DNA from: Methylocystaceae bacterium
Lineage (GTDB): Bacteria; Pseudomonadota; Alphaproteobacteria; Rhizobiales; Beijerinckiaceae
Direction of reading: 5' to 3'
Assembly (NCBI GenBank): GCA_009773555.1
Contig: WSXZ01000021.1
Coordinates: 574 to 64,573 of the forward strand
Length of the DNA: 64,000 nucleotides
The translations under genes and the position numbers were made by a program. Below are positions 56,747 through 64,000 of this stretch, in pieces. How positions within the stretch are numbered: position 1 is the first letter of the stretch; each line of letters starts with the position of its first letter. The notes beneath the pieces were generated by a model. That model ran no database searches, was not told where the DNA came from, and saw only the letters and a program-made list of their open reading frames with translations.

Positions 56747-58264
56747 ATGAACTTCGCCAGCAAACAAATAGCGGCTCAGCCGTCGCCGCCGACATGTCTG
56801 CCCTGGCCGCGTGAAATCGTCGACCGAGACGGTTGGCTCGCTTTCGCTGAAAGTCTTGCGAAGGGCGCGCGCGAGCTCCTCAGCCTGTGGGGCGAACCTT
56901 CGAGCGTTCACATGGCGGTGCTCGAAGAGCGGGAGCCGCGCCTGCGCATCGTCAGTTTGGAGTGTCCCGAGGGCTCCTTTCCATCCGTCGGGCGATTGCA
57001 TCCGCCGGCGTTGAGACTCGAGCGCGCGATCCGCGATCTTTATGGCCTGCGAGCCGAAAATGCGCCCGACGAGCGGCCCTGGCTCGATCATGGCCGTTGG
57101 GGCGTGCGTCATCCCTGCAGCGACCCCGAAAAGATCGACTCCACCAAAGACAGCTACGCATTCCTTCCCGCCGAAGGCGAACCGCTCCACCAGATACCGG
57201 TCGGACCCGTGCATGCCGGCATTATCGAGCCGGGCCATTTTCGTTTCTCGGCCAATGGCGAAACCGTCGTGCGGCTTGAGGAGCGGTTTGGCTTCGTGCA
57301 CAAGGGCGTCGATCAACTGATGGCCGGCGCCTCGATCGAGCGCGCCGCGCGTTTGGTGGCGCGCGTGTCCGGCGACAGCACGGTCGCCTACAGCCTCGCC
57401 TTTGCGCAGGCGGTCGAGGCGGCGTTCGACGTCAATGTTCCGCCGCGCGCGACATATCTGCGCGCGCTGATGGCCGAACTGGAACGAATCGCCAATTATT
57501 TCGGCGATATCGGCGCCATCTGCAACGACGCGGCCTTCGCATTGATGCATGCGCAATGCGGCATCGTCCGCGAACGCATCTTGAGAGAAGCGGCAAGTTG
57601 CTTCGGACACCGCCTGATGATGGATCGCATCGCGCCGGGAGGCGTTGTCGTCGATCTGGAGCGAGAGAACGTCACGGCGCTGTTCACGCTGATCGAGTGG
57701 ATCGAGCTGATGACTCCGCGCCTGATCGCGCTCTTTGGCGACACGACGTCGCTGCAGGATCGGACCGTCGGGACAGGATACGTCAGTGAGGCGCTCGCAA
57801 AGCAATATGCGTGCGGAGGCTATGTCGGCCGCGCCTCCGGCCGGACGTTCGACGCGCGCAAGGCGATCGGTTACGCCCCCTATCCGCAACTGACCTTCGA
57901 GATCGGCTGCTCCAAGGAAGGCGACGTCGATGCGCGCGTATGGGTCCGCTTCGACGAAATCAAAGCCTCGCTGAGACTCCTCAGACAAATTCTCGACGAA
58001 ATGCCGGAGGGACCGATCATCGCCGCCTGGGCGCTGCCGGAAGACTGGACGCGCGAAGGCGCGGCGCTCGTCGAAGGATTCCGCGGCGACATCTTCGTTT
58101 GGCTGCGCATGCGCGCTGACGGCGTGGTGCAGCGCTGCCATTTGCGCGATCCGTCCTGGTTCCAATGGCCGCTGCTCGAAGCGGCGATCAAGGACAACAT
58201 CGTCGCCGACTTCCCGCTCTGCAACAAATCCTTCAACTGCTCCTACTCGGGGCACGATCTCTAG
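56747..58264 (+). CDS. HyfG/HycE/NuoCD-like 'large subunit' lacking Ni-Fe ligand cysteines
   Basis: VGPVHAGIIEPGHFRF is conserved. The N-terminal CGxC site reads ARVSGDSTVAYS, and the C-terminal DPCxxC site reads SFNCSYSGHDL. Confidence 0.85.
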   Translation: MNFASKQIAAQPSPPTCLPWPREIVDRDGWLAFAESLAKGARELLSLWGEPSSVHMAVLEEREPRLRIVSLECPEGSFPSVGRLHPPALRLERAIRDLYGLRAENAPDERPWLDHGRWGVRHPCSDPEKIDSTKDSYAFLPAEGEPLHQIPVGPVHAGIIEPGHFRFSANGETVVRLEERFGFVHKGVDQLMAGASIERAARLVARVSGDSTVAYSLAFAQAVEAAFDVNVPPRATYLRALMAELERIANYFGDIGAICNDAAFALMHAQCGIVRERILREAASCFGHRLMMDRIAPGGVVVDLERENVTALFTLIEWIELMTPRLIALFGDTTSLQDRTVGTGYVSEALAKQYACGGYVGRASGRTFDARKAIGYAPYPQLTFEIGCSKEGDVDARVWVRFDEIKASLRLLRQILDEMPEGPIIAAWALPEDWTREGAALVEGFRGDIFVWLRMRADGVVQRCHLRDPSWFQWPLLEAAIKDNIVADFPLCNKSFNCSYSGHDL

Positions 58265-58276
58265 GACGCGCGCACG

Positions 58277-58792
58277 ATGCAGAAATTCTTGCTTCAAGGC
58301 CTGCTTCGGCGCGCTCTGACCGAACAGGCTCCCATTCCGAACCCGACGTCGATCGCGGAACTTGGCTACACGCTCGGCCGGACGGCGCGCCAGAAACTGG
58401 GACGCAGCCTGTCGATCCGCGAAGTCGACGCGGGGTCCTGCAATGGCTGCGAACTGGAAATACATGCGCTCAACAACGCCTATTACGATCTCGAAAGGTT
58501 CGGCCTGCGTTTTGTCGCGTCGCCGCGCCATGCCGACGTCTTGCTCGTCACCGGTCCGGTGACGAAAAACATGCGCGAAGCGCTCGAGCGAACCTATGCG
58601 GCGACGCCCGATCCAAAATGGGTGATCGCCGTCGGCGACTGCGCCTTCGACGGCGGCGTTTATTGCGAGAGCTATGCATGCGTTGGCGGCGTCGCCAACG
58701 TCGTCCCTGTCGATCTCCATATTCGCGGCTGCCCGCCTGATCCCACAACGCTGCTCAAAGGATTGATCGCCTTCGTCGACACGATGAGCTGA
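58277..58792 (+). CDS. HyfI/HycG/NuoB-like small subunit (4Fe-4S)
   Basis: Cluster ligands are retained: GSCNGCELE, GDCA, GCPP. Confidence 0.85.
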   Translation: MQKFLLQGLLRRALTEQAPIPNPTSIAELGYTLGRTARQKLGRSLSIREVDAGSCNGCELEIHALNNAYYDLERFGLRFVASPRHADVLLVTGPVTKNMREALERTYAATPDPKWVIAVGDCAFDGGVYCESYACVGGVANVVPVDLHIRGCPPDPTTLLKGLIAFVDTMS

Positions 58793-58817
58793 ACGACGCC
58801 AGCGCGTCCGATGGGAG

Positions 58818-58854
58818 ATGGCCGCCGCCTGAAACATGGTGGCGGCCATTTTTG
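58818..58854 (+). terminator. Rho-independent terminator ending the SulP/Hyf-like operon
   Basis: 12-bp stem atggccgccgcc / ggtggcggccat with an 8-nt loop, followed by TTTT. Confidence 0.8.
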
Positions 58855-59049
58855 CGAAACGCACGAGCAATGTTTCCACGCCCGGAGATAAATTCGGGAA
58901 AAACCTGCATACGAAAACTTGGCTAGAACGAGAGGCGCTTCGCGCTTCGCACACGGAGTCGCGTCGGTCCACGTGATGAACTTGCTGTCTTGATTTGCGG
59001 CGCAAAGCGCGCGCCGCTCACGCGAATGAAGACGCAAGCGAGGCTGATC

Positions 59050-60798
59050 ATGAATCTCCCAGGCTGGAAGCATGTCGCGGCAAGCGGGCTTGTCGCGGTT
59101 CTCTCGACAACAGCGGCGCATGCGGCGTCAAGCGACGCCATCGAAGCAAGGCTGCGCACCCTGGAGGCGGAGATCGCAAAACTGCGGCGAGAGGCTCGTC
59201 AGGCGAAGGCGGAAGCCCAGCAGGCGACTCAGTCCGCTCAACGAAGCGCGGCGAAGGCCGAGGCGGCGCAATCCGCGACGCCGCTGATGCCGCCGGTTTT
59301 CGTCGCATTCAGGAACGGATTGTTCGTCGAGAGCGCGGACAAAGCCTACAGTTTCAAGATCGGCGGACGCATGCAGTTCGACGGCGGCGGCGCGGCGCAA
59401 CCGCTCAATGGCTGGTCAGGCCAGGCCGGCGTTCGGCAGGTGCGTCTCGAAGTCGAGGGCAAGGCTGCAAAATACTGGTTCTACAAACTGCAATATGATT
59501 TCGCCGGCTCGCAATATGGCACGCCCTTCAATGCGCCCGTGCAAGGCGGCATTCGCGACTTCTATCTTGGTCTGCAGCATCCCCTGCTCGCGCTGCCTTT
59601 TACGAAGGAGCCGGCGTTCATCCATATCGGCAGCTATTTCGAACCCTTCAGCCTGGAGTTCACGGCTTCTTCGCGTTTCCGTGATTTCATCGAACGCGCG
59701 ATGGCGGTCGAAGCCATTGCGCCCAGTCGTCACCTTGGCGCGGCGATCGGCGCCTATGGCGACAACTGGACGGCGAAAGGCGGCATCTTCACGACAAGCT
59801 TCGAGGATTTGAACACGAATCCCGTCGTCAGCACGCCGCCGTTGATCGGCATTCCGGCGCGCGCCGGTTGGGTCCCAACGGGCGGCGGGCAATATTTCGA
59901 ACTGACCGGCCGCGCGACCTACGCGCCGATCATGACCGAGCATGATCTCCTGCATGTCGGCGTCTCGGGCCGCTATCACCAGCCAAACAGCGCCACGGGA
60001 TTATCCGACGATCGCGTGCTGCGGATCGGCAACCGCATTCGCTCGGAAGCCTATATGCTCAATCAGGGGCTGCTTGGCACGCCGGATCTTTCCTGCGGAA
60101 CCGTCGCTCTACCGGGATGGACGTCGGCGGCCGCGGCGCATTGCGTCAACAACGTGCAGTCCTTTGGCGTGGAGCTGTCCGCGGCGCATGGGCCGTTCTC
60201 GCTGCAGGCCGAATATCTGGGGCAGCAGGTCAATCGCAACACCACCAATATCGCGCTCGCGCGCGTCGCAGGCGCTTTCGCGCCTGGCGGCGCTTCGCAT
60301 TATTTCAGCGGCTTTTATCTCTACGGGCAATGGTATCTGACCGGCGAAGAGCGCGCCGCCGCATATGACGTGACGAACAAACTCGGCGCGAACTTCAATC
60401 AGATCGCGATCAAGCATCCGATGAGCGCGGGCGGCTTTGGCGCACTTGGGCTCGCCGTGCGCTACAGCGCGCTCAATCTCAACAGCGGACCCTATAGCGG
60501 CTCAAGCCTGTACAACATGCTCGCCTATACGACGCTCATCGCGCCCAATCCCGCGGCCGCGTCTTACATCGGCAACGCGGGCGTTGTCGGCGGTCGCCAG
60601 CAAAACGTCACTCTGGGACTGAATTGGTATCCCGACAATGGAATCCACTTTCAGTTCAACTGGGTCCATGTGCTGCAGGCCTCCGCGCCGTTCAATGATT
60701 ACGCTTTGTACGCCACTGGCGTTCCGGCGCGGCAAGGGCCGTATTTCAACGGCGCCCATCCCGATCTCTTCGAGGCGCGCGCGCAGGTCTATTGGTAG
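59050..60798 (+). CDS. OprO/OprP-family (phosphate/anion-selective) porin with N-terminal coiled coil
   Basis: Signal peptide ...STTAAHAAS and the coiled coil IEARLRTLEAEIAKLRREARQAKAEAQQ. Beta-barrel-like alternating pattern, ending in an aromatic residue (QVYW). Confidence 0.75.
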   Translation: MNLPGWKHVAASGLVAVLSTTAAHAASSDAIEARLRTLEAEIAKLRREARQAKAEAQQATQSAQRSAAKAEAAQSATPLMPPVFVAFRNGLFVESADKAYSFKIGGRMQFDGGGAAQPLNGWSGQAGVRQVRLEVEGKAAKYWFYKLQYDFAGSQYGTPFNAPVQGGIRDFYLGLQHPLLALPFTKEPAFIHIGSYFEPFSLEFTASSRFRDFIERAMAVEAIAPSRHLGAAIGAYGDNWTAKGGIFTTSFEDLNTNPVVSTPPLIGIPARAGWVPTGGGQYFELTGRATYAPIMTEHDLLHVGVSGRYHQPNSATGLSDDRVLRIGNRIRSEAYMLNQGLLGTPDLSCGTVALPGWTSAAAAHCVNNVQSFGVELSAAHGPFSLQAEYLGQQVNRNTTNIALARVAGAFAPGGASHYFSGFYLYGQWYLTGEERAAAYDVTNKLGANFNQIAIKHPMSAGGFGALGLAVRYSALNLNSGPYSGSSLYNMLAYTTLIAPNPAAASYIGNAGVVGGRQQNVTLGLNWYPDNGIHFQFNWVHVLQASAPFNDYALYATGVPARQGPYFNGAHPDLFEARAQVYW

Positions 60799-60859
60799 GC
60801 GATCCGCGGACGAGGGACACGGTTCTCATGTCTGCAAAGGAAGGGCGTTTCCATGCGCT

Positions 60860-61843
60860 TCATTGTTCGAAAGCCCATATCCGATTCCAATCGCTTTTCA
60901 TGCTGGTGACAAACCATCCTTGCCGCTTCGCCTCGTCATACAAAGACTGAGGGGCGTATTCGCGCTTGGGGTCGTCGTGCAAAACCAACATGCCAAACCG
61001 CGCGCCATCCCCCGACGTCGTATATTCGAGCATCTGCCGGTCGCCCGTTGAGTTCCCGAATGCAGCGCGCGGCCGACGACCGATCATCAAATGGATGGCC
61101 TCGGGCTTGCCGGCGTCGACGTCGCTGAGCAGCGTTTCGGCGCTCTCGATCAGAACGGGACGCCCACGCTTGTCATAACGATAGCTTACGCTCTCCAGAG
61201 TCCCGACAACCTGCTCGGGCGGAACGCCATAGGTCTGCTCTGCATAGACTCGCACGAAATCCTGCCCGCCTCCGGTGACGATGTAGGTCTTATAGCCGTT
61301 GGCCCGCAGATGCTTCATCAGCTCGAGCATCGGCAGATATGTCAGTTCGGTGTAGCGGCGGCCCCAGCGCGGGTGTTTCGCAGTCTCAAGCCATTGCTCC
61401 GCGTCGGCTCTAAACCGCTCTACGCTCATGCCGCTGAGCGGCGCGGCCATGATCTTGATGAGGTCCTTCGTGGGAAGCTTCGATATCGCCTCCATGTTGC
61501 GAGAGAGCGCTGTCTTGAAGGGCTCGATCTTTGCAAGCGCCGGTCTTGCCTTTACGACGGCAGGCAGGCGATCCAGACAATACATCAACTGCGGGTATAT
61601 CGGATGGGACGCCCAGAGCGTGCCATCCTGATCGAAGACCGCGATACGCTCCTCGGGGGGGACGAATTTCGTACTGGATGGATCAGTCGTCGCTCGAATG
61701 AATTCGACGATTGCATGTTTAGCCGGACCTTCGTTCCATGACGGAAGCGGATCGCTTCCCGCTCTGACAGATGATCCCGACAGCAGGAATGTTGTGGCCA
61801 TCACAGCGATAAGGAAGCTCAATCGAACCAGCGCTTTCATCAT
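60860..61843 (-). CDS. Secreted HAD-superfamily hydrolase
   Basis: Signal peptide MMKALVRLSFLIAVMATTFLLSGSSVRA and HAD motif I FDQDGTLW. Confidence 0.7.
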   Translation of the reverse strand: MMKALVRLSFLIAVMATTFLLSGSSVRAGSDPLPSWNEGPAKHAIVEFIRATTDPSSTKFVPPEERIAVFDQDGTLWASHPIYPQLMYCLDRLPAVVKARPALAKIEPFKTALSRNMEAISKLPTKDLIKIMAAPLSGMSVERFRADAEQWLETAKHPRWGRRYTELTYLPMLELMKHLRANGYKTYIVTGGGQDFVRVYAEQTYGVPPEQVVGTLESVSYRYDKRGRPVLIESAETLLSDVDAGKPEAIHLMIGRRPRAAFGNSTGDRQMLEYTTSGDGARFGMLVLHDDPKREYAPQSLYDEAKRQGWFVTSMKSDWNRIWAFEQ

Positions 61844-62187
61844 TCCTCCCTGATAGGCTGACAGCTCGTCCAAGAAGCGCCTCCGACGAGGTAGCATGTC
61901 CGCACGAACGAATGGTCGACGGCAGACGATGGACGCGCCGATCTATAAGCGATTTACGCGATTGATTGTATTGCCCTTCGCGGGCGGACATAAGTCTCCG
62001 CTGAGGAGCAGCTGCTTCGCAGACGATCAACTGAAAGCGCGAAGCGCCGCGACAAATTTGCAACGCTCGGCGCAATTCGTCGACGAAAGACGCGAGAAGA
62101 TCGGAACAGAGATTGATTTCAGTCGTTGTTAGGATGACGTTCTAGATAGGTTGTTCAGTGGTCCTTCTCTAAAGAAGGAGATTTCCG

Positions 62188-62364
62188 ATGACCACCAGGA
62201 AGCTTCAGCGAAGGCGAAGCGCGATCAGGTCGCTTCTCCAGAATCTCGAAACGCGTCCGTTCTGCGAGGATCAACTGCCGCAGTCTGGCGGATGGCTGAG
62301 TCAGCCTCGGCCAAAGCTGTCGCGCGGCTCGACCAACGTCGGCGGGCATAGCGATCGTCGATAG
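62188..62364 (+). CDS. Possible 58-aa basic small protein (below the ORF-track cutoff)
   Basis: AAGGAG lies 8 nt upstream of the ATG. The ORF reads MTTRKLQRRRSAIRSLLQNLETRPF... with moderately GC3-rich codons and no recognised domain. Confidence 0.2.
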   Translation: MTTRKLQRRRSAIRSLLQNLETRPFCEDQLPQSGGWLSQPRPKLSRGSTNVGGHSDRR

Positions 62365-62596
62365 ATAGTGGCGGTGGCGGGCGTGGGCGCCTGACCCGCG
62401 CAAGCATTGGACGACGCGCGCCCGACAGCTTTAGCAAAGGAATGCCCCGACCGTGATGTAACGGCGGGGCGTTCTGCATAGAGCGAAAAGATCTCAGCAA
62501 AAAAATCTCAGCAAGCGCCGGCCTTGGTAGTGGGCGCGCTTCGACGCGCGCCTCGCGTAGAGGCTGAGGGCGTAACAGCCACATGCTGCGGCGTCG

Positions 62597-64000
62597 CTAT
62601 TCGGCTCGGGAAGCTTCCGTCGCCTCCAGCACATTCTCGATCGGGCAGTTGAACTCCCAGACGATGCCTGCGCTGTCGTATTGGAGCCGTGCATCCCCTC
62701 TAAGGTTCAGTCTGATCATGTCCCGTATGACTGTGGACCCAAAGCCGCCACGCGCAGGCGGCGCCACCGTGGGACCATCCGTTTCACGCCAGCTCATCGT
62801 GAAGCGCCGGCCCTCGCCATCGTGCTTGTGGACGCCCCATTCGATGTCGACGCGGCCATCCGAGGTGGACAGCGCGCCATATTTGACGGCGTTGGTCGCC
62901 AGCTCATGCAGCGCCATGCTGAAAGATTGCGACGCCGCGGCCGAGATCGTCAGCGGCGGGCCTTGCGCACGAGATCGCTTAGCGTGACGCCTTGCCAATC
63001 GCTGGCGACCAGCAGGTCCTGGTTCGCGGCGAGAGACAAAATGCGCTCTTGGAACGTTTCCTCGAAGTCGCGTCCTGGATTGCCCGCGGTCGCTCGTGCG
63101 ATGGCGAGCACGATGCTCAACATGTTCTTCGAGCGGTGATTGAGCTCACGCATGAGAAGAGCGCGCTGTTCCTCCGCGCGCACACGCTCCGTCACGTCTC
63201 TCGACAGCACCGCGACTCTTGGGCTTTCCGCTTCTTCGATGCGGAAGACAAAGGCGTCATAGATCTTGCCGAGCGCGCGCGCTCTGCGGACGACGCGTTC
63301 GGCGTTCCCGGACACCGCGACTCTGCCGATCGTGTCGATCCAGTCCTTTTCCAGGCTGGGCACAAGCTCGCGACCGCTCCGCCCTTCAACATTCTTCAGT
63401 CCAGTTATAGCCTCAAAGGCTGGATTGACTTCAAGGAAGCGGTAGTCGATCGCATGACCTTCCTCGTCGTAGAGCGGCTCCACCACCGTGAAGCTTTCGT
63501 CAATGGATTCGAACAGCAGGCGATACCGCGACTCGCTCTCGCGCAGCGCCTCTTCCGCGCGCGCCCGCTCGATCGCCGACCACGTTCGCTCGGCGACGTT
63601 CTCCGCCGCCGCCACCTCAGCAGCGCTCCACATACGCGGCAGGCGGGAATTAATGGCGAGCACCGCGACGAGCCGCTTGTCCTTCACCAGCGGCACGTTA
63701 AGAAACGCTGAAATCGAACGGCTGTTGAAGGTCCGTAGGCTCTCCGGCGCCGACGTTCGCGGGTCCTGGCTGACGTCGCCGACCGCGACCGTCCTGCCGC
63801 GCTTCAGGTCGGCGATAAAAGCCTCGCCAAAGTCCAAGAGACGATGGCGCCCGGCGTTGCTTGGCGCCGCGCCGTCGTTCCAGTCGTGCTGAACAGTTGC
63901 GTATTCGCCGGCCTCGTCGATCTCCGCATAAGCCGCCTGGTTGGCCTCGAGATGCCGGCCCAGGACTTCGCTCGCCGCAGCCTGAATGGCCACGGGATCC
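62597..64000 (-). CDS. GAF/PAS HWE-family sensor histidine kinase, split by a frameshift near 62950-62998; 5' end outside window
   Basis: H-box HRSKNMLSIVLAIARAT is in ORF 62950..63993. N-box ALHELATNAVKYGAL is in ORF 62597..62998, in a different frame. The frame is open to the window end. Confidence 0.75.

Noticed and set aside
51675-58792. Annotation as a genuine hydrogenase-4 / formate hydrogenlyase
   Set aside because: The large subunit lacks all Ni-Fe cysteine ligands. The window has no HycF/HyfH ferredoxin subunit, no formate dehydrogenase and no hyp/hycI maturation genes. Only homology to Hyf subunits is claimed.
54798-59005. Two long minus-strand ORFs (665 aa and 773 aa) across the Hyf-like operon
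   Set aside because: They are antisense to six motif-bearing, translationally coupled + strand genes. This is a high-GC artefact.

Overview
This is a high-G+C chromosomal segment. Gene content and three families of intergenic hairpin repeats point to a Rhizobiales-type alphaproteobacterium (inference only). Most of the window is housekeeping: mutT, parE, rpoH, pheS-pheT, rplJ-rplL-rpoB-rpoC, yidD, an NMT1-type ABC importer, a SCO copper chaperone, peroxiredoxin, ornithine cyclodeaminase, and several sensor kinases. I found no rRNA, tRNA, CRISPR array, transposase or integrase. The most interesting locus is 47.4-61.8 kb. It holds a two-component system divergent from an operon that joins a SulP/STAS anion transporter to six Hyf/Nuo-like membrane-complex genes. 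The 'hydrogenase' large subunit of that complex has lost all four Ni-Fe cysteine ligands (Ehr-type, function unknown). An OprO/P-type anion porin and a secreted HAD hydrolase follow. Secondary observations: an essential pheT interrupted by a frameshift plus an apparent short deletion; a DUF4160/DUF2442 pair nested between pheS and pheT; an AT-richer DMP19/DUF4375-like orphan gene at an unusual pheT|rplJ junction; a membrane-inserted alpha/beta hydrolase operon; a dormancy-like cluster (PRT, APH-like kinase, HPF, DLH, Prs) with damaged reading frames; and a split HWE kinase. All functional calls rest on motifs read from the supplied translations. No database search was run.
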